Shown here: positions 1 through 9,217 of the stretch, in pieces | Numbering within the stretch: the stretch's first letter is position 1 | Layout: every line of letters starts with the position of its first letter | Source of the DNA: Candidatus Oxydemutator sp. | GTDB taxonomy: Bacteria; Pseudomonadota; Gammaproteobacteria; Poriferisulfidales; Oxydemutatoraceae | DNA length: 64,000 nucleotides | Assembly (NCBI GenBank): GCA_965203445.1 | Contig: OZ241883.1 | Coordinates: forward strand, 1,856,001-1,920,000 | Direction of reading: 5' to 3' | Notes under the pieces: generated by a model | The model's database searches: none | What the model was told of the DNA's origin: nothing | What the model saw: only the letters and a program-made list of their open reading frames with translations | Made by a program: the position numbers and the translations under genes

Positions 1-2
1 CG

Positions 3-506
3 AAGTCCGGCATAAGCGGCGCCGGGCGGCGCCCCCAGAGCGGCCTGCTGTTCGGCGAATGCAGCGAGAACTTCAAGGCCTACAAGGCGTCCGCACATCG
101 CCACTGGCCCGAGATCAAACGGCATCTCGACGCGCTCGCGGGCATTCCGACCGGTCTCAGCTTCACGCCGCACCTGCTGCCGATCGTGCGCGGCATTCAT
201 TCGACGCTGTATTTTCGCACCTCGTCGCCGCCGGCGGAGTTGCAGGAACGTTTCGAGCGGGCGTACGCAAACGAACCTTTTGTCGAGGTGCTGCCCGCCG
301 CCAGCCACCCGCAGACGCGCTGGGTGCGCGGCAGCAACACGTGCCTGATGGCGGTGCACAAGCCGCCGACGGCGGACGTGGCCAAAGTCCTGGTCGTCAT
401 TGACAACCTGGTCAAGGGCGCCGCCGGTCAGGCGGTGCAGAACATGAACCTGATGTTCGGTCTCGACGAGGGGCTTGGTTTGCGCGGCTGGTTCCCGGTG
501 TTTTGA
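3..506 (+). CDS. argC: N-acetyl-gamma-glutamyl-phosphate reductase, 3' part (5' end outside window)
   Basis: Frame is open from nt 3 (KSGISGAGR); HRHWPEI, FTPHLLPIVRGI and IDNLVKGAAGQAVQNMNLMFG ArgC motifs. Confidence 0.95.
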   Translation, partial: KSGISGAGRRPQSGLLFGECSENFKAYKASAHRHWPEIKRHLDALAGIPTGLSFTPHLLPIVRGIHSTLYFRTSSPPAELQERFERAYANEPFVEVLPAASHPQTRWVRGSNTCLMAVHKPPTADVAKVLVVIDNLVKGAAGQAVQNMNLMFGLDEGLGLRGWFPVF

Positions 507-509
507 GCG

Positions 510-1247
510 ATGCCGTTGCGACGTTTTTTCCCGTGGCTCACGTTTCGCTTTCAGCTGTTGCTGATCAATCTGGGCGGGCGCTCCTACGGCAAGACGCTGC
601 TCGCGGCCCTGGTCGTACTGTTCTGGTCGGCCGCGTTTTACTACCTGGGCCACGTCGTCGAGCACAATCGCTTCGACGAGGCGTTCGCGGAGTTGGCGCT
701 GGTGGAGGGTTTCGAGGACGTGCTCGAGGGGGAGGGCACGGCGCTGAAGCTGCATGCGATCAAAACCCAGGCAAACCTGCTGCGTGAGACCGCTCGCCAG
801 ATGCGCGGCGAGCTGGTCCGGAAGGAGCGCGACTTGGCCGAGGCCAGGGAGCAGCTCTATTTTTACCGCAGGGTCATCGCCCCCGAGGAGCTGCCGAAAG
901 GCGTCTCGATTCTATCGGCGCAACTGGAGCAATCGGCGGACGACGGGCATTTTCCGTTTGAGCTGGTTCTGCGCGCGAGCGGCGCCAACGGTGAGACGAG
1001 CAAAGGCAGCGTCCGGCTGCGCATGACCGGCACCATGGGCGGCGTCGAGCAACGGCTGCCGATGGACACTTTTTATCAGGGCGATGACCGCTTCGCGTTC
1101 AAGTATTTTCAGCGCCTGAAGGGACGGATTGCCGTGCCTGGCGGCTTTGCGCCGGCCAGCGTCGAGGTCAGCGTGCGGGCGGCGCGGTTCGATCCGGTGT
1201 CGCGCTCGTTCGCGTGGCACAGCCTGCTGAGTTCGCCAGACGGGTAA
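510..1247 (+). CDS. DUF6776-like membrane-anchored coiled-coil protein
   Basis: N-terminal TM, coiled coil, [12 protein letters not shown] and FKYFQRLKG motifs; position between argC and erpA is typical of this family. Confidence 0.7.
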   Translation: MPLRRFFPWLTFRFQLLLINLGGRSYGKTLLAALVVLFWSAAFYYLGHVVEHNRFDEAFAELALVEGFEDVLEGEGTALKLHAIKTQANLLRETARQMRGELVRKERDLAEAREQLYFYRRVIAPEELPKGVSILSAQLEQSADDGHFPFELVLRASGANGETSKGSVRLRMTGTMGGVEQRLPMDTFYQGDDRFAFKYFQRLKGRIAVPGGFAPASVEVSVRAARFDPVSRSFAWHSLLSSPDG

Positions 1248-1268
1248 GAACGGCACATATGCTATCGG

Positions 1269-1349
1269 CCCTCACCCCAACCCTTTCCTAAGGGGGAGAG
1301 GGTTACATTACGGGTTTGCGGACAACTTCTCCCTCTGGGAGAAAGGGTG
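1269..1349. repeat. REP-like palindromic pair (ccctcacccc..ccctytcc..ggagaggg type)
   Basis: Stem aaccctttcc(1279-1288)/ggagagggtt(1295-1304) and second stem ttctccc(1327-1333)/gggagaa(1337-1343). Confidence 0.55.
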
Positions 1350-1358
1350 TACGGCCTA

Positions 1359-1379
1359 TGTTATACTAAGTGGAAGGAG
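1359..1379 (+). promoter_or_regulatory. Extended -10 promoter and SD for erpA
   Basis: TGtTATACT at 1359-1367, AAGGAG at 1374-1379, ATG at 1387. Confidence 0.55.
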
Positions 1380-1386
1380 CGATGCC

Positions 1387-1728
1387 ATGAGTGAAATGCA
1401 AGCCCTGATTTTTACCGAGGCCGCGGCGGCCAAGGTCAAGTCGCTGATCGAGGAGGAGGACAACGCCAACCTCAAGTTGCGGGTTTTCGTCTCCGGCGGC
1501 GGCTGCGCCGGCTTCCAGTACGGTTTCACCTTCGACGAGAACGCCCAGGAGGGCGACGCCCGGGTGGAGAAAGGCGGCGTCACGCTGCTGGTGGATCCGA
1601 TGAGCCACCAGTACCTGATGGGCGCCGAGATAGACTACACCGAGGGTCTCGAAGGCGCGCAGTTTGTGATTCGCAACCCGAACGCGACCACCACCTGCGG
1701 CTGCGGCTCTTCTTTTTCCCCCGCCTGA
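1387..1728 (+). CDS. erpA: Fe-S cluster insertion protein ErpA
   Basis: [11 protein letters not shown] and [15 protein letters not shown]-type carrier motifs. Confidence 0.95.
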   Translation: MSEMQALIFTEAAAAKVKSLIEEEDNANLKLRVFVSGGGCAGFQYGFTFDENAQEGDARVEKGGVTLLVDPMSHQYLMGAEIDYTEGLEGAQFVIRNPNATTTCGCGSSFSPA

Positions 1729-1756
1729 GGACTCGCGCGGGGCGCGACATATCCGC

Positions 1757-2845
1757 CTACGCCGGCGGCAGATAGACGGCGCCCAACACCGCCGCGCGTC
1801 CGGCGCCGGTCGCCTCGGGGACGACGCCGCTGGCGCCGGCCACGCGCATGCTCGCAAGCCACGCGAACGCGAGCGCCTCGACGTAGTCGGGATCAAACCC
1901 CTCGGTCTGCGTGTCGCGCACGTCCAGATCGCCGAGCGCGGCGAGCCTTTGCATCAGGTGGCGGTTGTGCGCGCCGCCGCCGCATACCAGCAGCGTGCGC
2001 GCGCTGGCGGCGTGGCGCTGTAGCGCGCCGACAATTGCCGCCGCGCTCCATTCGGCCAGCGTCGCCTGCACCGCGGCCGCCTCGATACCGCGCGGCAGAC
2101 GCTCCTCGAGCCAGCCGATGGAAAGCTGGCTGGTGCACAGACTCTTCGGCGGCGCCAACGCCAGGAACGGATGCTCGAGCAACGTCTTAAGCAGCCCGCG
2201 GTCGACCTCGGCGCTGGCCGCCCAGCGGCCCTCGTCGTCGAACGCCCGCCCGTTGTGCCGCAGAATCCATGCGTCCATCAGGCAGTTGCCGGGGCCGGTG
2301 TCGAAGCCCAGCACGCCGTCGCCGTCGAACACCGTCAGGTTGGCGATGCCGCCGACGTTGACGACCGCCGCGTGTTCCATCCGCCCGAACAGCTTTTTGT
2401 GGAAGGCCGGCGTCAGCGGTGCCCCCTGGCCGCCGAGGGCCACGTCGGCGCGCCGGAAATCGGCGACGGTCGCGAGGCCGCTTCTGGCGGCGACGACGTT
2501 GGGGTCGCCGAGCTGCATCGTGAAGGGGCGGTCGCCGTGCGGTCGGTGCAACAGTGTCTGCCCGTGCAGGCCGACGGCGGCGACGTCTTTGGCGGCCAGG
2601 TGTTCGCGCGCCAGCAGATCGAGCACCGCGTCGGCGAACAGGTGCCCGAGTTCGCAGTCGAGCCGCGCCAGTTCCGCAACCGGCGCGGGCGCGATTTGCA
2701 GGCGCGCGACGCGCCGCGCGATTTCCCGGTCTATCGGATAATTTGCACGGGCGACCTGCGCGACGCCGTTGCCGAAGTCCGCGGCCGCCACGTCCACCGC
2801 ATCCAGGCTGGTGCCGGACGACACCCCCAGATAGATGGCCGCCAT
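1757..2845 (-). CDS. anmK: Anhydro-N-acetylmuramic acid kinase
   Basis: GVSSGTSLDAVD, HGQT, GGQGAPL, GFDTGPGN, EALAFAWLA motifs. Confidence 0.95.
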   Translation of the reverse strand: MAAIYLGVSSGTSLDAVDVAAADFGNGVAQVARANYPIDREIARRVARLQIAPAPVAELARLDCELGHLFADAVLDLLAREHLAAKDVAAVGLHGQTLLHRPHGDRPFTMQLGDPNVVAARSGLATVADFRRADVALGGQGAPLTPAFHKKLFGRMEHAAVVNVGGIANLTVFDGDGVLGFDTGPGNCLMDAWILRHNGRAFDDEGRWAASAEVDRGLLKTLLEHPFLALAPPKSLCTSQLSIGWLEERLPRGIEAAAVQATLAEWSAAAIVGALQRHAASARTLLVCGGGAHNRHLMQRLAALGDLDVRDTQTEGFDPDYVEALAFAWLASMRVAGASGVVPEATGAGRAAVLGAVYLPPA

Positions 2846-2848
2846 CGG

Positions 2849-4291
2849 TCAGCGCGCGCCCGGCTGGTCCAGCGATGCGACGTAGGCGTTGTTGATGCGT
2901 TCGAGCCTGGCAAGCACCGCGCGCGTGGCCTTGCGGAAATGAGCCATCTTCGCTTTCGGCAGCGGGCGCGAATCGGGAAGCTTGACCGTGATCGGGTTCT
3001 TGTGGACGCCGCCGACGCGGAACTCGTAATGCAGATGCGGGCCGGTCGAAAGCCCGGTCGACCCGACGTATCCGATGACCTGCTTCTGCCTCACGTAAGA
3101 GCCGGTTTTCTGGCCGCGCGCGTAGCGCGAGAGGTGCGCGTAGAGCGTGCTGTAGTTGCGGTGATGGCGAATGACGACGGTCTTGCCGTAGCCGCCCTTG
3201 CGCGCGCGATGGATAATCCTGCCGTCGCCGGTGGCGTGCACCGGCGTGCCGCGCTTGGCCGCGTAGTCCACGCCTTTGTGCGCGCGGATCGTATGCAGCA
3301 CCGGATGCCTGCGCCGCGGGTTGAAGTGCGAGCTGATGCGTGAGAACGCAAGCGGACTGCGCAGAAACGGTTTTTTCATTTTGCGCCCGCTGGCCGAGTA
3401 GTAGTCGGTAGCGCCGGCGTCGTCGGTGTAGCGCACGACGCGGTACGTCTTATTGCGGTTCAAAAACTCGATCGCGACGACGTGGTTGTCCTTCCATTTT
3501 TCGCCGTTGACGTGGCTCTCCTCGTAGAGCACGGTGAAGCGGTCGTCCTTGCGTATGCCATAGACAAAGTCAACGTCCCAGCCGAGGATGTTAGCCATCT
3601 CGACGATGATCTTGTCCGACAGGCCGCTTTTTTTGCCGGCAAGGTAGAGCGAATCGTTGATTGCGGCGGACGCGAAAGCCTCGCGCTTCTCCACTTCGGT
3701 CACGTGCCTGGCGAGGCGGTAGCCGCCGTCTTCGCGCCGCGATACAGTGACGCGCTCGACCGTCGTCGGGCGATACGTCAGCCGCACCAGCGTATCGTCG
3801 CGCACCTCCAGTTCCAGCGGGCGCCCCGGCAATAGACGCGCCAGGACTTTTCTTTCCTTCTCGTCGAGTGCCAGCAGATGGCGCATCACCGACGGCAGTT
3901 TGTAGCGGCCGAGTATGCCGGAGAGCGTGTCGCCGCGCTGAATCTCGTAGCGGTGTACGATTGTTTCGTTGTCGCGCGCCTCGGCGGGCGGCGGATTCGC
4001 CAGCGCCAGCGCGTGTGGCGGGAACAGCGGTTGCGGCCGCGCCGGCGGCGCGCCGCCGGCGTTTCCGGCGGCCGCGGTTGCGGCGACGGGAGCCGCGACC
4101 GCTGGTTCGGCGGCCCTGGCTTGGCCTTCGCTTGGCGGCAGTTGCGTCGCGTGCGTCGAGATCAGAAAGGCGACGACGCCGGCCAGCAGCACCGCGCTGG
4201 AGGCAAAACGCAGGCGCCCGCCACGCCTGCCGTGCGCCTCGAAACGGCGCTTATAAACGCTTTGGCGCGGCCCCGGCTTGTTTTCGATCAT
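2849..4291 (-). CDS. M23 family peptidoglycan DD-metalloendopeptidase (LysM/OapA-type)
   Basis: N-terminal TM, LysM-like IQRGDTLSGIL, zinc ligands HKGVD and HLH; anmK-M23-tyrS synteny. Confidence 0.9.
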   Translation of the reverse strand: MIENKPGPRQSVYKRRFEAHGRRGGRLRFASSAVLLAGVVAFLISTHATQLPPSEGQARAAEPAVAAPVAATAAAGNAGGAPPARPQPLFPPHALALANPPPAEARDNETIVHRYEIQRGDTLSGILGRYKLPSVMRHLLALDEKERKVLARLLPGRPLELEVRDDTLVRLTYRPTTVERVTVSRREDGGYRLARHVTEVEKREAFASAAINDSLYLAGKKSGLSDKIIVEMANILGWDVDFVYGIRKDDRFTVLYEESHVNGEKWKDNHVVAIEFLNRNKTYRVVRYTDDAGATDYYSASGRKMKKPFLRSPLAFSRISSHFNPRRRHPVLHTIRAHKGVDYAAKRGTPVHATGDGRIIHRARKGGYGKTVVIRHHRNYSTLYAHLSRYARGQKTGSYVRQKQVIGYVGSTGLSTGPHLHYEFRVGGVHKNPITVKLPDSRPLPKAKMAHFRKATRAVLARLERINNAYVASLDQPGAR

Positions 4292-4386
4292 GGACGGACA
4301 AGAGAATTGTTTGAATTAACAAGCGGCTAAAGATACCCTTAATCATTGGTTTGTCAATCTGTGGCGGCAAACCCCGAACAAAGCGG

Positions 4387-5583
4387 ATGAAAAACAACCT
4401 GGAAGAATTGTTGCGCGGCACCGCCGAAGTGCTGCTGCCGGAGGAACTTGAAAAGCGCTTGGCCGCGGGCAGACCGCTGGTGGTCAAGGCCGGTTTCGAT
4501 CCGACGGCGCCCGACCTGCACCTGGGACATACGGTGTTGATCAACAAGTTGCGGCAGTTTCAGCGGCAGGGGCACGCGGTCAAGTTCGTGATCGGCGATT
4601 TTACCGGCATGATCGGCGACCCGAGCGGGCGCGACAAAATGCGCCCGCCGCTGACCAGGGAGCAGGTCGAGGAAAACGCCGCGACCTACGCCGGGCAGAT
4701 CTACCGGATACTCGACGAGGACGCGACCGACGTCTGCTTCAACTCGAAATGGCTGGCGGCGCTGTCGGCGGAAGACATCGTGGCGCTGGCCGCGCGCCAC
4801 ACCGTCGCGCGCATGTTGGAACGCGACGATTTCCAGAAACGCTACAGCGGCGGACGGGCGATCGGCATCCACGAGTTTCTGTACCCGTTGCTACAGGGCT
4901 ACGACTCGGTCGCTTTGCGCGCCGACGTCGAGTTGGGCGGCGTCGATCAGAAGTTCAACCTGCTGGTCGGCAGGGAATTGCAGAAAGACTACGGCCAGCC
5001 GCCGCAGGTTGTGATGACGATGCCGTTGCTCGAGGGGCTGGACGGCGTGCGCAAGATGTCGAAGTCGCTGGACAACCACGTCGCGGTCGCGGCGTCGCCG
5101 GCGGAGACGTTCGGTCGGCTGATGTCGGTGTCGGACGAGTTGATGTGGCGCTATTTCGAGTTGCTGAGCCTGCGCCCGGGCGCGGACGTCGCGCTGCTCA
5201 GGCAGGCGGTCGCGGACGGACGCAACCCGCGCGACGTCAAGTTCGAGTTGGCCGGGGAGATCGTCGCGCGTTTTCACGACGCGCGCGCCGCGGCCGCCGC
5301 GCGCGACGATTTCATCGCGCGTTTTCAGGAGCGCGCGACGCCGGACGACCTCGAGACGCGCGAGGTGACGATTGCCGAAGCGCGGGTGCCGTTGGCGGTG
5401 TTGCTGCGCATGTCGTCGCTGACCGCGTCGTCATCCGAGGCGCGGCGCATGATTCGGCAGGGCGCGGTGCGCGTGGACGGCGAGAAGATCGAGGACGCCG
5501 ATCTTGAGGTCGAGGCCGGCAGCGAGCGCGTGTACCAGGTGGGGCGCCGCCGCTTTCAGCGTATCCGCGTAATCAGGTCCTGA
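4387..5583 (+). CDS. tyrS: Tyrosine--tRNA ligase
   Basis: [13 protein letters not shown] (HIGH), KMSKS, C-terminal S4 domain; ATG at 4387. Confidence 0.97.
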   Translation: MKNNLEELLRGTAEVLLPEELEKRLAAGRPLVVKAGFDPTAPDLHLGHTVLINKLRQFQRQGHAVKFVIGDFTGMIGDPSGRDKMRPPLTREQVEENAATYAGQIYRILDEDATDVCFNSKWLAALSAEDIVALAARHTVARMLERDDFQKRYSGGRAIGIHEFLYPLLQGYDSVALRADVELGGVDQKFNLLVGRELQKDYGQPPQVVMTMPLLEGLDGVRKMSKSLDNHVAVAASPAETFGRLMSVSDELMWRYFELLSLRPGADVALLRQAVADGRNPRDVKFELAGEIVARFHDARAAAAARDDFIARFQERATPDDLETREVTIAEARVPLAVLLRMSSLTASSSEARRMIRQGAVRVDGEKIEDADLEVEAGSERVYQVGRRRFQRIRVIRS

Positions 5584-6188
5584 CCGCGCAGCTCGCGGTG
5601 GATCGTGAGATCGCGGTGCAGCCGCTCGATCCGGCGCCGCAATTCTTCCAGGTCGCCGTTGTTGTCCAGCACCACGTGCGCGGCTTGCAGCCTCTCGTCG
5701 CGTCCGGCCTGGGTCGCAAAGATTTTGCGCACCGCGGCCTCGTCGCAGCCGTCGCGCTCGATGATGCGCGTCGTCCGCGTGCGCTCGTCGCAATCCATGA
5801 CGACGACGACGTCCACCAGGTCGTCCATGCCGGCCTCCAACAGCAGCGGCGCACTGATGACGCAGTATGCGTGGTCGGCGTCGAGCGCCGCGGTGCGCCG
5901 CTCGATCTCGCGCCGCACCGCGGGATGCAAAATCGCGTTCAGCCGCCGTCGCGCGTCGGTGTCGTCGAAGATCAGGCGGCGCAATCGCGCGCGCTCCAGG
6001 CGCCCGTCCTGGTCGAGCATTTCGTCGCCGAACGCGGCGCTGATCTTCTCGAGGTGCGGGGCGCCCGGGCGCGTCAATTCGCGCGCGATTTCGTCGGCGT
6101 CGAGCAGCGGCGCGCCGTGTGCGCGAAACATCGCGCCGGCCTCGCTCTTGCCGCAGCCGACGCCGCCGCTCAGGCCGACGCGGATCAC
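5556..6188 (-). CDS. coaE: Dephospho-CoA kinase
   Basis: GTG at 6188 overlaps pilD stop (GTGA); [13 protein letters not shown]-loop, [12 protein letters not shown]. Confidence 0.93.
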   Translation of the reverse strand: MIRVGLSGGVGCGKSEAGAMFRAHGAPLLDADEIARELTRPGAPHLEKISAAFGDEMLDQDGRLERARLRRLIFDDTDARRRLNAILHPAVRREIERRTAALDADHAYCVISAPLLLEAGMDDLVDVVVVMDCDERTRTTRIIERDGCDEAAVRKIFATQAGRDERLQAAHVVLDNNGDLEELRRRIERLHRDLTIHRELRGQDLITRIR

Positions 6189-7030
6189 TGTAGGCTCCCG
6201 TTTGCGAGCAGCAGCCGCAGCGGGTTTTTGAAGGCGTCGGCGGACAGCAGGCACAGCCAGCCGGCGAGCGCCAGATGTGGGCCGAACGGAATCCGGGTTG
6301 CGCGCCGCCACTTGCCGGCGGCGATCATCGAAAGGCTTGCCGCGAGACCGCTGAGCGAAGCCAGCAGCACGATGCCGGGCAGCACCTGCCAGCCGAACCA
6401 GGCGCCGAGCGCGGCCAACAACTTGACGTCGCCTCCGCCCAGTCCCTGCCGTTTTCTGAGTGCCGCGTACGAGCGCTCGAGAACGAAGAAGGAGAGGTAG
6501 CCGGCGATCGCACCCATGATCGCCGACTGCGCGTCGGCAAACGTCGCCAGGCCGTTGACGGCGAGACCGAACCACAGCAGCGGCAGCGTGATTGCGTCGG
6601 GTAGCAGGCCGTCGCGCAGGTCTATCGCCGCCAGCGTCGTCAGACACGCGGCGAGTACGACGCCGGCTGAAAACTGCGGCCACGCGTCGTGGGCGAGCGC
6701 GACGCCGACGCAAGCCAGCGCCGTCGTCAGTTCGACTATCGGGTAACGCGGGCTGATCGGCGTCCGGCAGTGTGCGCACCGACCCTTCAAAAGCAGATAG
6801 CCCAGCAACGGCACGTTGTGGCGCCATGCGATCGGTTGCCGGCAGGCGGGGCAGTGCGACGCCGGCGTCGCCAGCGACAGATGGTCGTAGCCGTCGTCGC
6901 CCGGTTCGTCGTCCGGCTCGCGCTGCGACGGCATCAGCGGCAGACGGTAGATGACGACGTTCAAGAAACTGCCGAGTATCAGCCCGCCGCCAAAAACGGC
7001 GGCCAGCCATGGCCAGGAGGAGTCGAGCAT
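6185..7030 (-). CDS. pilD: Prepilin peptidase / N-methyltransferase
   Basis: GSFLNVVIYRLP, two CxxC motifs, GLGGGDVKL, IPFGPHL. Confidence 0.95.
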   Translation of the reverse strand: MLDSSWPWLAAVFGGGLILGSFLNVVIYRLPLMPSQREPDDEPGDDGYDHLSLATPASHCPACRQPIAWRHNVPLLGYLLLKGRCAHCRTPISPRYPIVELTTALACVGVALAHDAWPQFSAGVVLAACLTTLAAIDLRDGLLPDAITLPLLWFGLAVNGLATFADAQSAIMGAIAGYLSFFVLERSYAALRKRQGLGGGDVKLLAALGAWFGWQVLPGIVLLASLSGLAASLSMIAAGKWRRATRIPFGPHLALAGWLCLLSADAFKNPLRLLLANGSLQ

Positions 7031-7035
7031 ACCGG

Positions 7036-7041
7036 ATTATA
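7036..7041 (-). promoter_or_regulatory. -10 box 5 nt upstream of pilD ATG (leaderless candidate)
   Basis: TATAAT on minus strand, ATG at 7030, no SD. Confidence 0.5.
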
Positions 7042-7276
7042 GGGCAACCGCTGTTCGTGTTCACCGATGCACCGGCAAAAGGTCGTCGGTTTGTCAGGCG
7101 TTTCTTTCTCGAGCGCCCGCTGCGCCCGGAACGTCGCAGTAAATCAGATGAGTGTTATCCCTCGTGGTATGCCTCCAAAATACAGGTTTCAGGGAAACCC
7201 CGTTCCGGCGGCGCATCAGTGAACCTTTACGGGAATGACGGACTCAAGGGGGCGGCGGGGCAGGTGGGGGGTCGCA

Positions 7277-7305
7277 TTGATTAAAGTTCGGCTATGCCAT
7301 ATGCT
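7277..7305 (+). promoter_or_regulatory. Sigma70-type promoter of the motor/vWA operon
   Basis: TTGATT(7277-7282)-17 nt-TATGCT(7300-7305), then 6 nt to ATG 7312. Confidence 0.55.
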
Positions 7306-7311
7306 AATCGG

Positions 7312-7983
7312 ATGAGATTGTCTTCCTTTCCGGCGGTTCGGGCGGTGTTCGCGGCCGTTTGTCTGGTCGGGCTTTGTCGGGGTTCGGCGGCACTGGCCGA
7401 AGCGGAGGACACCAGCGCCTCGAGCTACGACGACTGCACCCGAATCGAGCTGGATTTGGAGGCGGCAGCCGGGGCGCTCACCGACGAGGAGAAAATTGCG
7501 CTGATGGATAGGGAGTTTTATGAATCTTTGGCGCGCTTTGACCGTTGCCAGGCTTCGTTCTCGTCCGATGACGGCGGCGGTAGCGATGGCGGCGGTAGCG
7601 ATGGCGGTGGTAGCGATGGCGGCGGTAGCGACGGTGGTCAGGGCGGCGGAGTACAATCGGTGCCGTCCGCGTCCGTTTCCGGAACCGACCCGGAAAAAGC
7701 CTCGGAAGAGGAACCGAAAGAGGGCCGCGAACCGGGGACGCCCGCAGTGCAGCCGGCGACCGCGGAGCACTCGTCCACGCCGCGGGACAACGGCAAGACA
7801 CCCGACGACATTCCTCCCGCCAACAACGACGACATAATCGCGCGGGGGCTGCGCGAGGTCGCGGAAAATGAAAAGAATCCCGAGGAAAGAGAGAAGCTAT
7901 GGAACGAGTACCGCAAATACAAAAACCTGCCCGTCAAGGAGGCGCCCTCGGAAGAGCGGCCCGCACCAAAGCAGTCCCGATGA
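7312..7983 (+). CDS. Secreted hypothetical protein with (DGGGS)4 linker and a charged C-terminal helical motif
   Basis: Signal peptide, Cys pair, Gly-Ser repeat, acidic/Pro linker, C-terminal DIPPANNDDIIARGLRE..EKLWNEYRKYK; alternative ATG at 7294. Confidence 0.75.
   Translation: MRLSSFPAVRAVFAAVCLVGLCRGSAALAEAEDTSASSYDDCTRIELDLEAAAGALTDEEKIALMDREFYESLARFDRCQASFSSDDGGGSDGGGSDGGGSDGGGSDGGQGGGVQSVPSASVSGTDPEKASEEEPKEGREPGTPAVQPATAEHSSTPRDNGKTPDDIPPANNDDIIARGLREVAENEKNPEEREKLWNEYRKYKNLPVKEAPSEERPAPKQSR
7570..7629 (+). repeat. 15-bp tandem repeat x4 (gayggcggyggtagc) encoding DGGGS
   Basis: Units start at 7570, 7585, 7600, 7615, with a partial fifth unit. Confidence 0.9.
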
Positions 7984-9209
7984 GATACCGGTTGTCGCGG
8001 GCGGCGTTGGTGCCGTTGACGTTGCTGCTTTCGGCGTGCGTCACCACCGGAAGTTTCCCTGGTTTCGGCGCGGGCCAAGGCGCCGCGGTCGGCCCCGGCA
8101 GCATCGAAGACGATGCCGTCTCCGCCACCGCCGGCTTGCCGGCGAACACTCCTAGACTGGACGTCGTCATTCCGGTTTTCGACCCCGGTTTGCCGCAAGA
8201 TCCCGACGATTACGCGGACAGCGGCGTGTGGCCGGAGCTGCGCCGTGCCGAGGCCAACCGCTTCGCGTTGAAGATGAAGGAGGCGCTCGAGAAAACCGAG
8301 GCCTTCGGCGCGGTGCGTGTGACCCCCGACAAGACCGCGGTCGGAGACCTGTACATATTAGGCGCCATCGAGGAATCCAACGGCGAGGACGTTGAGATCC
8401 GTATCGAAGCGGTGGCCATGTCCGGCAGGCGCTGGCACGCCGAGACTTATGAGCATCGCGTCAAGGAGGCGTTCTACCAGGACCCGCGCAGCAAGGGCGA
8501 AGACCCGTACGCGCCGGTGTTCGCCGAGGCCGCCGCCGACGTCGTGTCGAAGTTGCGCAAGAAGTCCGGCGACGAGCTGGCGCGGTTGCAGGCCGTAACC
8601 GAGATGCGTTTTGCCGCGTCTCTGTCGCCGGGCGCGTTCGGCGAGCATCTCAAGCAAAGAGGCGACACGTTCACGCTGGCCAGCCTGCCGGCGGAGGCGG
8701 ATCCGATGCTTGCCAGGACGCGCGCCTTGCGCGTGCGCGACCAGTTGTTCGTCGACCGTTTGCAGAAACATTACGAGGACTTCGACACGCGCATGGACGA
8801 GAGCTATTCGGTTTGGCAGAAGGAAAGTTTTCAGGAGGTGAAGGCGGCGCGCGCGGCTTCCAGAAAGGCGTGGTTGGAGGGGCTGGCAGGCGCGGTGATC
8901 GTCGGTCTTAGCGTGGCGGCCGCGGTCAGCAGCGACAACCCCAATACCGGGGACGTGGCCCAAGTCGGCGCCGTCGCCGGTGGGCTCCTGATAGCAAAGA
9001 GTTTCCAGACGCGGGAGGAGATGAAGATCCACCGCGAGGCCCTGGCCGAGCTGGGCGAGTCCATCCATACCGAGCTTGCGCCGGCGGTGTTGGAGTTCGA
9101 GAACAAGACGGTTACGCTTACCGGCAACGTCGAGGAACAGTTCGCCCAATGGCGGACTTATCTGAGGCGCATATACGAGCAGGAGGCGACGCCGGAAGTT
9201 CGTATGTAA
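7980..9209 (+). CDS. Hypothetical lipoprotein with glycine-zipper-like segment
   Basis: ATG at 7980 overlaps upstream stop (ATGA); lipobox LLLSAC; hydrophobic LAGAVIVGLSVAAAV / VGAVAGGLLI region. Confidence 0.8.
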   Translation: MRYRLSRAALVPLTLLLSACVTTGSFPGFGAGQGAAVGPGSIEDDAVSATAGLPANTPRLDVVIPVFDPGLPQDPDDYADSGVWPELRRAEANRFALKMKEALEKTEAFGAVRVTPDKTAVGDLYILGAIEESNGEDVEIRIEAVAMSGRRWHAETYEHRVKEAFYQDPRSKGEDPYAPVFAEAAADVVSKLRKKSGDELARLQAVTEMRFAASLSPGAFGEHLKQRGDTFTLASLPAEADPMLARTRALRVRDQLFVDRLQKHYEDFDTRMDESYSVWQKESFQEVKAARAASRKAWLEGLAGAVIVGLSVAAAVSSDNPNTGDVAQVGAVAGGLLIAKSFQTREEMKIHREALAELGESIHTELAPAVLEFENKTVTLTGNVEEQFAQWRTYLRRIYEQEATPEVRM

Positions 9210-9217
9210 GGCCGGCG

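Noticed and set aside
5556-7064. Apparent long N-terminal extensions or fusions on coaE, bamD, folD, ftr, rplW and rplE in the ORF track
   Set aside because: Artefacts of choosing the most upstream start; real starts lie at the coupled junctions listed in the features
7195-7245. gggaatgacgg fragment resembling another REP/RS-type repeat upstream of the motor operon
   Set aside because: The matching left arm (attccc) is missing; single degenerate instance
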